Shown: positions 1-10,397, counted from the stretch's first letter. The stretch is DNA of 30,459 nt from Coprothermobacterota bacterium (GCA_037440465.1 JBBIUB010000016.1:1-30459); one strand, 5' to 3'. Notes: generated by a model not told the origin, from the sequence alone. Numbers and translations are program-made.

Positions 1-806
1 TGGGGTCAGGCTGGACAGTCGTCAGATATTGGTGTTAGGTTGGATAATCTTTTCGTCTTCTATGTGTAAAATAACTATTTACACCAAACAGACCTATGAT
101 TTTAAGATAGAAGATGAAAAGAGTAAGACAGTCTATTTGTAGTATAAGGATAAATTTTTCCTGCATGTCATAACTCAGATCACATTAAAAGCATATGAAG
201 AGATATTTGTTTTCTTATGGATGAAGGAAGACCTAACTACCTATTTTTTCGGAGAACTTGCGTATATAAGTATTGGTGTTACAAACTTAGGAGGGTATAA
301 AGCTGTCCTTGAATTCCCTTCATCTCGAGTAGTGGACTACCAGATATTCAGACTGGTTGATGATAAACCCGCAGAACTCCTATATCACTGGGCTAAAAGT
401 AGGGCTTTTCTTGAGGTTATTACCAGAGTAGACTCCCTCTACCAGTAAGGTATCTACATTTAATGACCTTCCTGTTACTTATCCTCATTTTGCTTATATT
501 AAAAAACTTGTGGAGAAGGAAGTAGTCAAATGTTACCCGGACAAAAGTTTAAGACCTGATGAAAACATTACTCGTTCCCAGGTAGCAGCCCTACGGGCTC
601 AGGCTTTTAGCTTGAGGAGTACTATAGCCATGTCTTTTGTGGATGTTACATCGAAACATTGGGCTTATCTCCAGAAAGCATTGGTCTTTTGCGATAAGCT
701 TATGGTTGGCTATAGCCTTATCAGGTTCGGTCCAGACGATATCCTGACTAAAGCACAGGTCGCACCGATACTACTTACGGTAAAGAACCGTACGGAGAAG
801 CAATAG
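1..806 (+). pseudogene. Degraded surface protein with tandem BsuPI-like (intracellular proteinase inhibitor-like) domains followed by S-layer homology (SLH) domains; 5' end outside window
   Basis: The frame of ORF 221 reads ITIYTKQTYDFKIEDEKSKTVYL*YKDKFFLHVITQITL from 71 (in-frame TAG at 140-142), then ISIGVTNL..LEFPSSRVVDYQIF..LLYHWAKSRAFLEVITRV; both resemble BsuPI (FPSGQRYDF..VWRWS..F). After a frameshift near 430-448, the frame of ORF 510 reads FNDLPVTYPHFAYIKKLVEKEVVKCYPDKSLRPDENITRSQVA and FVDVTSKHWAY..MVGY..FGPDDILTKAQVA (SLH motifs). Confidence 0.7.
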
Positions 807-821
807 AAAGGCAACGTGTTA

Positions 822-3275
822 TCATTTTGTTTCAGGTAAAGACTTAACGAGGTCTTTGTATTCTTCAAGTAAACTTCTACTTTCTTCAAAGGAAGTTCCT
901 TCTGCATAAATCTCCAGAGCAGGGTTATCGGGTTGAGGTATGATTAAGACCCAGCCCTTTTTTTTAAAAATCTTAATTCCTTCTATGAATTCTACTTTTT
1001 CATTCATATGAGATTCTATAAGGAAACGCATCACGCTTGCCTTTGCTCCCCAAGGCAGAGGAATTACTTCTTTTTCAACCAGACATGGCTCTATCTTTGA
1101 TCTTATCTCTTCTAAAGACTCGCCAACCATGCTAAGATGTTCAAGAAATGAAAATCCAGTAGCAATAGCATCTAATGCTATTTGGAATTTTGGTATAGCC
1201 ATCCCTTCTTCTCCGCATAAAAGGTCACATTGTCGAATATCTATAGATGTTAAACCTTGCGGTAGGGTTTTGGTTCTTATAACTCTTCCACTGAAATTAT
1301 TTATGATTTTCTCTGTAGTCCTGCTCACTGAAACAGGAAGTGCTATTGTAGCACCATTTTTTGCTTTACATATTGCATAGGAAAATACTGAGAAAAGATC
1401 ATCACCTTTAAGTATATTTCCATTTTTGTCAATCAATAATAAGGATTCGCCATCACGAGTAAAGATTATTCCCATATCCAGAGAATTGTCCTTAACGAAT
1501 TTGCTAACTTTATCATAGTTCATTTCTGTTGATTTCAAGTTAAAGCATTCTATCTCAAACTGGTCACATAAAGTACTAAGAATGTTAGCAAAATCGTAAC
1601 TGCCTGTATCAAATACAATTCGATATTTAGATTTTTTGAGTATTTCAGGCTTTATTATTATTTTTGAGAGACCATTTATATAGTATTCAATTATATGAGG
1701 GGGAAAGTCAATAGCTCCTACATCTTCAAGGGGTACACGTCGCAGTTCTTCACGAAAATAAATGCTTTCTATTTTTCTTTCTATGTCTTGCTTAATATTT
1801 ATGCCATATTCGTCGAATATCTCTATCTGCACTTTCCTTTCTTCAGTATCTGTGCGGATATGAGCTCCTCCTTTAACGTTCAACTCCTTGCCTACAAAGC
1901 GCGGAATAGGAGCTGGGAGGGATCTAATATCAAAAACATTAACACCTGTAGAAAGAAGTCCTGTGAGAAAAGCTCTTTTTACCATTCGAGAAGCTGGAGA
2001 AGAATCCCTGCTTAAAGCAATGTTTGACTTAATTGGTAAAATAGAACCTAAAGCAGATCCTAATTTGGATGAAAACTCTGGACTTATTTCAACATTAACT
2101 ATTCCTTTAACCCCCTGTTTCCCAAAGAGTGTTTTCTTCCAGTGGGAACCCAAGATTATGGATGAAGTGACAGTTGATAATGGCTCTATAGTCTTATTAG
2201 GCCAAACCTTAATTCCAGAATTCACCTGGACTCCTTCGCCTACCATAACCCGATCTGCTAAAACTGAATCTTCTAAAACTATACAGTTCTTGTTTATGGA
2301 AGTATAACTACCTATGATGCTTCCCACTATCTCAGTATTTTTTCCTACATAAGCATTAGGAAATATTACACTTCTTTTGATTTTGCTATTGTCCTCAATA
2401 ATACTTGAATCTCCTATTACAACAGGACCAACAATCTGAACTCCTTCACCAATTTTAACATTATCACCAATAAGTACATTGCCTGAGATCGTTGCTGATT
2501 GAGATACTGAAACATCCTCACCTAATCTCAAACCATTTTTTTCTTCTTTAAATAAACAATCCATTGCAATCTTTCTTTCAAGAGCATCGAGATTGCATTG
2601 AAGGTATAAATCAGTGTTACCAACATCACACCAATATCCTGAAGACACAAAACCATATATTGGAGAGCCATTTCGTAAAAGCTCCGGGAATAGCTCTTTA
2701 CTAAAGTCAAATGGTGTATTTTCAGGGTATCCATCAAAAATATGGGGTTCAAGAATATATATTCCGGTGTTAATGGTATCTGAAAATACTTCTCCCCAAC
2801 CAGGTTTTTCCAGGAATCTAACTATTTCATTTTTTTCATTAATAATTATTACTCCAAATTCTGTAGGATTTGGTACTCTGGTTAGTATCAGGGTAGCAGA
2901 GGCTTTTACTTTTTTATGGAAAGCATAAGCTTCTCGAAGGTTAATGTCAGTTAAAACATCTCCACTAATTACAATAAATGTTTCTTTCCAGGATGAGACT
3001 GCTTTTTTTACACTACCTGCAGTACCAAGAGGAGTATCTTCTAATACATAAGAAAGGTCTACTCCCCATTTACTCCCATCTTCAAAGTAAAATTGTATCA
3101 TTTCAGGAAGGTAATAGAGAGTTGCTACCATTTCATTGAATCCATTTTTCTTAAGAAGTTTTAATATGTGCTCCATCAGAGGAAGATTGCACACTGGCAC
3201 CATTGGTTTAGGTCTGAGAATAGTTAATGGTTTTAATCTGACACCTTCGCCACCTGCCATAATTACTACTTTCAT
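822..3275 (-). CDS. Mannose-1-phosphate guanylyltransferase-type nucleotidyltransferase with left-handed beta-helix and C-terminal phosphomannomutase-like domain
   Basis: N-terminal MAGGEGVRLKPLT..PKPMVP, EDTPLGTAGSV, EKP, YWCDVG; hexapeptide repeats; LFGKQGVKGIVN starts a PGM/PMM-like domain; GAGGAG RBS upstream. Confidence 0.9.
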   Translation of the reverse strand: MKVVIMAGGEGVRLKPLTILRPKPMVPVCNLPLMEHILKLLKKNGFNEMVATLYYLPEMIQFYFEDGSKWGVDLSYVLEDTPLGTAGSVKKAVSSWKETFIVISGDVLTDINLREAYAFHKKVKASATLILTRVPNPTEFGVIIINEKNEIVRFLEKPGWGEVFSDTINTGIYILEPHIFDGYPENTPFDFSKELFPELLRNGSPIYGFVSSGYWCDVGNTDLYLQCNLDALERKIAMDCLFKEEKNGLRLGEDVSVSQSATISGNVLIGDNVKIGEGVQIVGPVVIGDSSIIEDNSKIKRSVIFPNAYVGKNTEIVGSIIGSYTSINKNCIVLEDSVLADRVMVGEGVQVNSGIKVWPNKTIEPLSTVTSSIILGSHWKKTLFGKQGVKGIVNVEISPEFSSKLGSALGSILPIKSNIALSRDSSPASRMVKRAFLTGLLSTGVNVFDIRSLPAPIPRFVGKELNVKGGAHIRTDTEERKVQIEIFDEYGINIKQDIERKIESIYFREELRRVPLEDVGAIDFPPHIIEYYINGLSKIIIKPEILKKSKYRIVFDTGSYDFANILSTLCDQFEIECFNLKSTEMNYDKVSKFVKDNSLDMGIIFTRDGESLLLIDKNGNILKGDDLFSVFSYAICKAKNGATIALPVSVSRTTEKIINNFSGRVIRTKTLPQGLTSIDIRQCDLLCGEEGMAIPKFQIALDAIATGFSFLEHLSMVGESLEEIRSKIEPCLVEKEVIPLPWGAKASVMRFLIESHMNEKVEFIEGIKIFKKKGWVLIIPQPDNPALEIYAEGTSFEESRSLLEEYKDLVKSLPETK

Positions 3276-3306
3276 TTCATTCTCCTCTTGTGGTGTATTT
3301 TTTTAT

Positions 3307-4476
3307 TTATTCCGCTATTAAAACTTCGTTGTATACTTCCAGAAGTTTACGTGTAATATTTTGCCAAGAATACATATTTTTAACTACTTCTTTGCCTTTA
3401 TTACCCATGTTCTTGGCTTTCATTTTATTGTGAATCAAAAATTTTATTCCCTCAGCAAGAGCTAATGGGTTTAGTTGGACTCTTATTCCGGTTTCTCCAT
3501 CAACAATAACTTCTCTAAAACCTCCGACATCAGATACAATTACGGGTTTCCCCCAGGCTAAAGCTTCCAGGGCTACTATTCCGAAGGGTTCGTACCTACT
3601 TGGAAATACAAGTAAATCAGATGCTTGTATTAATGTTTCTTTTTCAGCCTCTGAAACGAATCCAGTAAAGTTAATCATATCTTCAATACCCGATTCTCGA
3701 GCTTTATTAATAAGATCTTTTTGCATGTATCCTGCTCCAACTATTGCAAGAGTAATATTGAATAATTCAGCCTTAAGTTCGACCATAGCATCTATCAGAA
3801 GATCAACCCCTTTTTGATGAACCAGCCTACCAATATAGGTAATCAGGTATTTTTTGTTTTTTGAATAAAGTTTTTTTACTTCTTCAATTAAATTATTACT
3901 AATAGGAGTCTCTTTAATGTTTATACCGTTGTATATAACCCTTATTTTTTTATCGGTTGTTTCAAATAGTTGTAGAGCTTCTTCTTTCATAGAATTACTA
4001 CATACAATTAATCTGTCTGCTTCATTAGTCAAATGTTGTTCGATAGAATTTATATATCGGTTTATTTCATTGTGAATACCTCCACTTCTACCAAATTCTG
4101 TAGAATGTAGGGTGGCAATTAAAGGAATATTGTAGCAGTGTTTAAGTATAAAGCCAGAGTGAAAGGTCATCCAATCGTGAATGTGCACAAGGTCATAACC
4201 ATCATCGTTCATCAAGGTTAGAGCATTAGAAAGATAAGAGAAATTGCTCTCGAGTATTTGATTCATAAAATCAGAAGGTTGTGTAATGGTTGAAGGTACT
4301 CTTATTATCGTTGCTCCATCAATTTCTTCTTTCATAAATTGACCATCTATAGAACGAGTTATAACTGTATTTGAAACACCAAGCCTGGCCAATTCAGCAG
4401 AAATGGCTTTCACATGTGGAGAAATTCCACCAATAACAAAGGGAGGAAACTCCCAGCTTATAATGAGAATCTTCAT
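3307..4476 (-). CDS. Glycosyltransferase family 4 (GT-B) protein
   Basis: SWEFPP..GG, HIHDW, GRLVHQKG, PSRYEPFGIVALEA motifs; GAAGGAG RBS. Confidence 0.9.
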   Translation of the reverse strand: MKILIISWEFPPFVIGGISPHVKAISAELARLGVSNTVITRSIDGQFMKEEIDGATIIRVPSTITQPSDFMNQILESNFSYLSNALTLMNDDGYDLVHIHDWMTFHSGFILKHCYNIPLIATLHSTEFGRSGGIHNEINRYINSIEQHLTNEADRLIVCSNSMKEEALQLFETTDKKIRVIYNGINIKETPISNNLIEEVKKLYSKNKKYLITYIGRLVHQKGVDLLIDAMVELKAELFNITLAIVGAGYMQKDLINKARESGIEDMINFTGFVSEAEKETLIQASDLLVFPSRYEPFGIVALEALAWGKPVIVSDVGGFREVIVDGETGIRVQLNPLALAEGIKFLIHNKMKAKNMGNKGKEVVKNMYSWQNITRKLLEVYNEVLIAE

Positions 4477-4498
4477 AAGTATTAATCTCCTTCTGTAA

Positions 4499-4507
4499 AG
4501 TATAGCA
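4499..4507 (-). promoter_or_regulatory. Extended -10 promoter element (TGcTATACT) for the glycosyltransferase operon
   Basis: Minus strand reads TGCTATACT a few nt upstream of the AGAAGGAG RBS. Confidence 0.5.
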
Positions 4508-4548
4508 TAAAGAATTTTAAATAATAAAAAAATAGTTTCTAAAACCTC

Positions 4549-4581
4549 TTGACAAAGTGGTAAAAAGTGGTAACATTTGGG
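4549..4581 (+). promoter_or_regulatory. dcw promoter with MraZ-binding repeats
   Basis: TTGACA (4549-4554), 16 bp spacer, TAACAT (4571-4576); GTGGT/GTGGT/TTGGG at 10-bp period (4557, 4567, 4577), matching the known MraZ operator pattern. Confidence 0.8.
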
Positions 4582-4653
4582 AGTAACGAATAATAATGGA
4601 GGTAGAAATTATATGAAGTGGAGAATGCAATAAGGTTAAAAGGAGGTAATCAG

Positions 4654-5082
4654 ATGCTCATAGGAGAGTTTCATTTAGTGTTAGATGGTAAAGGTAGATT
4701 GATGATTCCAATAAAACTCAGGTCAGAAATGGGCGACTCTTTTGTTATTACCAGAGGACCTGATAAGAATTTAATAGTTTATACCGAAGAAGAGTGGCGG
4801 AAAAAAACTCAATTTTTAGAAGGCCTTTCTGATAATATTCCTGGTAATAGACGAATTAAACGTTTCTTTTATGCAGGAGCAAGAAGAGATTCCTTTGATA
4901 AGCAAGGTCGAATTTTAATTCCCCCTCCTTTAAGAGAACATGCGAATTTAGACAAAGAAGTTGTAGTCATAGGTATTTCTAATTATTTAGAAATATGGGC
5001 GAAAGAACAATGGTATAAAGTTGACTCTGAAATAAAAAGCGGTATAGATATACTCCTTGAAGGAGCTAGGAGTGGATTATAA
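4654..5082 (+). CDS. mraZ: Division/cell wall cluster transcriptional repressor MraZ
   Basis: LDGKGRLMIP and FDKQGRILIP repeats; AGGAGG RBS supports ATG 4654 over GTG 4618. Confidence 0.95.
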   Translation: MLIGEFHLVLDGKGRLMIPIKLRSEMGDSFVITRGPDKNLIVYTEEEWRKKTQFLEGLSDNIPGNRRIKRFFYAGARRDSFDKQGRILIPPPLREHANLDKEVVVIGISNYLEIWAKEQWYKVDSEIKSGIDILLEGARSGL

Positions 5083-5953
5083 TAAGTTTCATAAACCAAT
5101 CCTGATTCAAGAAATTCTTTCTTATCTTAATGTTAAAGAGAATGATGTTGTAGTAGATTGCACACTTGGAATGGGTGGACATACTGAAGCTATTCTTAAA
5201 AATTTTCTTAATATACAAGTAATAGGAATGGACATTGACGAAGAGGCATTAGCAATTGCGAGAGAGAGGTTATCACCTTTTAATACAAGAGTTAAGATAA
5301 TTAAAGAAAGTTATATTAACATTGATAAGTTATATTATGATGCGGGTGAAATCAGATTTGCAGCTGTGTTGTTCGATTTAGGAGTTTCTCTATATCAATT
5401 AACTTCATATCATAGAGGATTCAGTTTCCAGGAAAATGGCCCTCTTGATATGAGAATGGACAGAACCAATAATTTTCCATTATCAAATATTCTAAAAGAA
5501 TTATCTTTAAAGGAACTAACTAATATTCTCCAAGATTATGGTGAAGAAAGAAATGCTTCTAAAATAGCCCAAGCAATTTTTAAAGAACGATACAACATAA
5601 AGAGTACAGGTGATTTGAAAAATATTGTAGAAGAGATTAAAAAAAGAAGAGATTCCAGAGTACATCCAGCTACTACAGTGTTTCAAGCCTTTAGAATATA
5701 TATTAATAAAGAACTTGACAATATTTCTTATGCCTTATCTAATATTGCCAATGTAGTGAAAAGTACTGGAAGAATAATAGTTATATCGTATCACTCCCTT
5801 GAAGATAGGATAGTAAAAAATATATTTAAAGAAAAAGAAAAAGCGGGGAAGGGTAGAATACTAACTAAGAAAGTAATTAAACCAACAAGGGATGAGATTA
5901 TTATTAACCCAAGAGCCCGTTCTGCAAAATTGAGGGTTTTTGAGGTGTATTAA
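5072..5953 (+). CDS. rsmH: 16S rRNA m4C1402 methyltransferase RsmH
   Basis: HKPIL, DCTLGMGGH, DLGVS, PLDMRMD, SYHSLEDR, NPRARSAKLR; AGGAG at 5061 supports GTG 5072. Confidence 0.95.
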   Translation: MDYNKFHKPILIQEILSYLNVKENDVVVDCTLGMGGHTEAILKNFLNIQVIGMDIDEEALAIARERLSPFNTRVKIIKESYINIDKLYYDAGEIRFAAVLFDLGVSLYQLTSYHRGFSFQENGPLDMRMDRTNNFPLSNILKELSLKELTNILQDYGEERNASKIAQAIFKERYNIKSTGDLKNIVEEIKKRRDSRVHPATTVFQAFRIYINKELDNISYALSNIANVVKSTGRIIVISYHSLEDRIVKNIFKEKEKAGKGRILTKKVIKPTRDEIIINPRARSAKLRVFEVY

Positions 5954-6342
5954 TGAGAACTTATAACCTAACAATACAAAGAAGGGTAAAATCATTTTCA
6001 ATTGTAGATAAGGGGAAATTTATTCCATTAAAAAATCAGCTAAGATTTTTGTCATCTATGAGATTTGGCTTACCCCTTTTCTTGATTGTTTTATTGATTT
6101 TTACTTCATTATATTTTGAAGCTCAAAGCATAGAAGCAGGTTACAAACTTAGAATCACAAAATCAATTTTTAAGAATTTACGAAGCAGAAAAGTAAATCT
6201 TGAACTTGTTTATGTCAATATTATCAACCCCTTGAGAATAAGGGAACTGGCAAAGGCTCAAGGGTTTGTTCCTCCAGAACAAGTTTATCGTTTAGAGAAT
6301 TATATTAACCAGGTATCCCCTCATGGCAAATCACCACCTTAA
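5953..6342 (+). CDS. ftsL: Probable cell division protein FtsL
   Basis: Single TM segment, coiled-coil, NPLRIRELAK..G motif; canonical position between rsmH and the PBP gene. Confidence 0.65.
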   Translation: MRTYNLTIQRRVKSFSIVDKGKFIPLKNQLRFLSSMRFGLPLFLIVLLIFTSLYFEAQSIEAGYKLRITKSIFKNLRSRKVNLELVYVNIINPLRIRELAKAQGFVPPEQVYRLENYINQVSPHGKSPP

Positions 6343-7978
6343 TAAAGTAAAATATCGGTTAAAATTTATTGAAGGTGTTATTGTACTCTCATGCATATTT
6401 TTTCTTTATAGTCTTCTTAATGTTCAGGTTATATCTTTAGAAGAGGAAGACTCATCAATTGTGTCATTTATCCGTGCTGTCCCTCAACGGGGAAAGATTT
6501 TTGACCGAAACGGTTCTCTTCTAGCAGCATCAATACCCTCATATTCAATATTAGTTCAACCAGCTTTGCTTGAATTAACACCAGATTCATTTAGTCTACT
6601 TTTGAAAGTAGGAGAAATTAAGGAGAATTCTCTAAAAGAAAAATTAAAAGACAGTAAACCTTTTTACCTTAAAAGACGACTTAGCGAAATACCAGATGAG
6701 TTACGGAAAATACCAGGAATTGTTATTTTGTCTGAGCCTAAACGAAGATATCCTTATGAGAAGACTGCCAGTCATGTTTTAGGTTTTGTAGATGGAGACG
6801 GTTATGGTAAACAGGGTATAGAAGGTTATTTTGACAATATTATTAGAGGGAAAGAAGGCATTACTTTTATGGCAATAGATGCAGCAGGTAGAGGAATCCC
6901 TTCACCTCCTCAAGGAACAAGCTACCCTGCTGATGGATCAGATTTATATTTAACTATTGATATTCAAGCTCAGAAGATAATTGAAAGCAGCTTAGAGAGG
7001 GGAATCAGTAAATATAAAGCTAAAGGTGGAGTGGCTATATTATTAGAAGTAAATACTGGAGAAATATGGGCTATGGCTTGCTACCCAAGTTTTAATCCCA
7101 ATAGTTTTTTTGATTCTACACCAGCTGAGAGGTGGAATCAGGCAATAGGCTATAATTTTGAACCCGGATCTGTACTAAAAACAATAACATTAGCTATAGC
7201 GCTTGAAGAAGAACTTGTCACTTTAGATACAAAATTTCCAGCGCCATCAACCTTGAAGGTCAAAGGTGGAACTATAAGAAATTATCAAAATAAAGCCTAT
7301 GATGTTCAGACAGTTCAAGAAGCATTAAGGACCTCAACCAATACTGTTTTTGCCCAGTTAGCATTCAAGATCGGTGGTGATTTATTCACTGAATATTATA
7401 ATGAGAAATTGGGAGTTGGAAGGTTTGTTGAAGTCACGCTAAGTGGAAGAGAACTGGGCATTTTTACAAAACCTTACAGAGAAATGCACCTGGCAAATAT
7501 AGGATTTGGACAGGGGATAGCTCTTACTCCCTTACAACTGATTTCTTTTTATTCCTCTTTAGCTAATGGTGGATTTTTGTATTCTCCTACTCTTGTTAAA
7601 ACAATTGGAGAATCAGAAGAAAATAACGAAATAAAATTCCAGCCAAAAATTATTAGAACAATATTTAGTTCTAATACTTGCAAGCAGGTTCTTAATGCTT
7701 TAAGAGGAACAATTAGTAAAAAAACAAATATTAGTGCATATATTGAAGGATATTCTCTTGGAGGAAAAACAGGTACTGCCCAGAAAATAATTTCTGGAAG
7801 TTACAGTCAAGATAAGACAATAAACACCTTTATGGGTTTTATTACCCTTGATAACCCAAGATTTGCAATTTTAGTGACCCTTGATGAAGCAGAGGGGACA
7901 GCAAGCGCAACTTCTGTTCCTGTTTTTGGTGAAATAGCTAAAAATTTGATAGAATATCTGCGTATTCCACGAGAATAG
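6323..7978 (+). CDS. ftsI: Class B penicillin-binding protein (FtsI/SpoVD-like), no PASTA domains
   Basis: RGKIFDRNG, RRYP, SxxK (GSVLK), SxN (STN), KTGTAQ. Confidence 0.9.
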   Translation: MANHHLNKVKYRLKFIEGVIVLSCIFFLYSLLNVQVISLEEEDSSIVSFIRAVPQRGKIFDRNGSLLAASIPSYSILVQPALLELTPDSFSLLLKVGEIKENSLKEKLKDSKPFYLKRRLSEIPDELRKIPGIVILSEPKRRYPYEKTASHVLGFVDGDGYGKQGIEGYFDNIIRGKEGITFMAIDAAGRGIPSPPQGTSYPADGSDLYLTIDIQAQKIIESSLERGISKYKAKGGVAILLEVNTGEIWAMACYPSFNPNSFFDSTPAERWNQAIGYNFEPGSVLKTITLAIALEEELVTLDTKFPAPSTLKVKGGTIRNYQNKAYDVQTVQEALRTSTNTVFAQLAFKIGGDLFTEYYNEKLGVGRFVEVTLSGRELGIFTKPYREMHLANIGFGQGIALTPLQLISFYSSLANGGFLYSPTLVKTIGESEENNEIKFQPKIIRTIFSSNTCKQVLNALRGTISKKTNISAYIEGYSLGGKTGTAQKIISGSYSQDKTINTFMGFITLDNPRFAILVTLDEAEGTASATSVPVFGEIAKNLIEYLRIPRE

Positions 7979-7984
7979 AATAAA

Positions 7985-9448
7985 ATGAATCTTCGAAAGC
8001 TAATAAAAATTACAGATAAAAACTCTAACATCACAACCAAGGATATAGATGTCTCAGGGCTTGCGTTTGATAGTCGAAAAGTAAAAAAAGGTGACCTTTT
8101 CTTTGCTATCAAGGGGCTTAATTCTGATGGACACGATTTTCTAAGTGAAGCCTTCAATAAAGGCGCTGTTGCTGCCGTAATAGAAAAGCGTAATCTTCTA
8201 TCAATGGATTATCCATTAGTATATACAATAAATACTCGAAAAGCTCTTGGTAAAATAAGTCAAATATTTTTTAGTAATCCTTCGAACAAACTTAAAGTCA
8301 TAGCTGTTACGGGAACAAATGGGAAGACTTCAACTGTATGTCTAATAAGGGAGATGTTGGGTGGTGAGAAGGTTGCAGCAAGATGTTCAACAGTAGGATT
8401 TTCTTTTAATGGTTATGAAGAGACCCTGAAGGAAACAACTCCAGACCCGATAACACTTGCCAGGCTTATGAAAATGACCTTAGATGGTAGGGGTAAGTAT
8501 TTTGTTCTTGAAGCTTCCTCTCATGGTTTGCATCAATTAAGGTTACATGGGATTAAACTCTATGGTGCTGTATTTACAACTTTTGCTCATGACCATCTTG
8601 ATTATCATAAAACTATGGAGAATTACTTTGAAGCAAAACTTTCACTTTTTAAAAAACTCAGCTCTGAGTCTTTTGCTTTTTTAAATTGGGATTACCCATC
8701 TATAAGAGTATGTAAAAATCATACTAAAGCAATAGTGGTAACTTATAGAATTGATTCATCTGCAGATTTTCAAATCAGTGAAATATCAAAAGAGAATGGA
8801 CATACAAAATTCTTGTTATCTTATAAAGATAAAAAAGAACAATTATTAACAACATATAAAGAAAAATTTAACCTTTCAAATTTGCTTGCATCCATCAGCG
8901 TAGGTTTAACTTTTGGTATTTCCTTGGAAAAAATTAAAGAATGTGCTCTTAAACCGCCAAAAGTTCCTGGAAGGTTAGAATATATTGATGAAGGCCAGCC
9001 ATTTAAGGTTATAGTTGATTTTGCTCATAACCCTGAGGGTTTTGTGGAAGTTTTTTCTCACCTTAATAGTATTAAAGAAGGAAAAATAATTGCTATATTT
9101 GGAGCAGTTGGAGATGGAGACAAAGAAAAAAGACCTATTATGGGAGAGATAGCATCTCTTGAAGCAGAATTTACAATAATTACTACTGATAATCCCAAAA
9201 GAGAAGATCCTAGTATTATTGCAGAAGAAGTAAAAATGGGTTTTCTAAGATTAGGCAGGGAAGAAGGAAGTGATTTTATTATTGAACTTGACAGAAGAAA
9301 AGCTATAGAAAAGGGTCTTCGTATGGCTAATAAGGGTGACATAGTTTTAATTGCTGGAAGAGGGCATGAGACAGAACAAAATATTGGAAATGTTATGGTT
9401 CCTTTAGACGATAGAGTAGTCACCAGAGCAATTTTACGAAATCTTTAG
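7985..9448 (+). CDS. murE: UDP-MurNAc-dipeptide--diamino acid ligase MurE
   Basis: VTGTNGKTS, TTPD, EASSH, DHLDYH, VPGRLE, DFAHNP, DNPK, AGRGHE. Confidence 0.9.
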   Translation: MNLRKLIKITDKNSNITTKDIDVSGLAFDSRKVKKGDLFFAIKGLNSDGHDFLSEAFNKGAVAAVIEKRNLLSMDYPLVYTINTRKALGKISQIFFSNPSNKLKVIAVTGTNGKTSTVCLIREMLGGEKVAARCSTVGFSFNGYEETLKETTPDPITLARLMKMTLDGRGKYFVLEASSHGLHQLRLHGIKLYGAVFTTFAHDHLDYHKTMENYFEAKLSLFKKLSSESFAFLNWDYPSIRVCKNHTKAIVVTYRIDSSADFQISEISKENGHTKFLLSYKDKKEQLLTTYKEKFNLSNLLASISVGLTFGISLEKIKECALKPPKVPGRLEYIDEGQPFKVIVDFAHNPEGFVEVFSHLNSIKEGKIIAIFGAVGDGDKEKRPIMGEIASLEAEFTIITTDNPKREDPSIIAEEVKMGFLRLGREEGSDFIIELDRRKAIEKGLRMANKGDIVLIAGRGHETEQNIGNVMVPLDDRVVTRAILRNL

Positions 9449-9457
9449 GAGGATAAA

Positions 9458-10396
9458 ATGTGGAATATTTTTTTAAGTTTTATTATTTGTATTATTCTTT
9501 ATCCTCTATATATTAAGTATGCGAGTAAAAAGCAGTTTGGTCAGAGAATCCGAAATCAGGGACCACCACAACATAGAATTAAAGAGGGAGTGCCCACAGG
9601 TGGAGGTCTCATCTTTGGTTTTGTAACAATTGTTTTAGGTTTGATTTTTAGATTATTCTCCTGGGAGTTTCTTTTTTTGATAATTGGTTATATGTTTATA
9701 GGTCTGTTAGATGACTTGACAAAACTTTACAGGGTTAAAACATTAGGATTAAAAGCCCGAGAGAAGCTTTTTTTGCAGACATTTTTTCTAATTCCTTTTA
9801 TTTGGTCTCTTTATCAACAAAGTAGTGTTTTGCATATTTCAGAGACCATAACACTTAATCTTGGCTATTTTTACCCAATTTGGGCCTTAATAGTTATTAT
9901 TGCTGCAGCTAATGCTTTTAATTTTACTGATGGGCAAGATGGCCTTGCAGCAGGTGTAGGAATAATTATTCTTTTCTTTCTATGGATTGGACATTATGCT
10001 GGAGTATTTTCCTTCTTTGAAGGTTATATAGAAATTCTCCTTGGTTCTCTTATAGCCTTTCTCTGGTTTAATTGCTACCCTGCAAAAGTAGTTATGGGTG
10101 ATGCTGGTTCACTTTTTAGTGGTGCTTATCTGGGTGGACTTTTTCTTATCCTAAGACAAGAAATATTACTACCTGTATTCGGAGGAGTCCTGGTTATTGA
10201 ATTGTTATCGGTCGTAATACAAGTTATCTATTTCAGATTAACTGAAGGTAAAAGGGTATTTTTAATGTCTCCTCTACATCATCATTTTGAAATGAAAGGT
10301 ATCCCTGAAACTAAAATTACTGTTAGGTTATGGTTGTTGTCTTTTTTATTAGGAATTTTAGGGTTTTTTATAGCTGTTCTTTTCTGGAGTTCATGA
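9458..10396 (+). CDS. mraY: Phospho-N-acetylmuramoyl-pentapeptide transferase MraY
   Basis: KEGVPTGGG, GLLDD, NAFNFTDGQDGLA, MGDAGS, PLHHHFE. Confidence 0.95.
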   Translation: MWNIFLSFIICIILYPLYIKYASKKQFGQRIRNQGPPQHRIKEGVPTGGGLIFGFVTIVLGLIFRLFSWEFLFLIIGYMFIGLLDDLTKLYRVKTLGLKAREKLFLQTFFLIPFIWSLYQQSSVLHISETITLNLGYFYPIWALIVIIAAANAFNFTDGQDGLAAGVGIIILFFLWIGHYAGVFSFFEGYIEILLGSLIAFLWFNCYPAKVVMGDAGSLFSGAYLGGLFLILRQEILLPVFGGVLVIELLSVVIQVIYFRLTEGKRVFLMSPLHHHFEMKGIPETKITVRLWLLSFLLGILGFFIAVLFWSS

Positions 10397-10397
10397 C

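Noticed and set aside
710..3321. Short ORFs 710-907, 1129-1380, 1695-2015, 1888-2307, 2528-2752, 2614-2928, 3136-3321
   Set aside because: Antisense or off-frame shadows of the 817-aa gene, with no motifs
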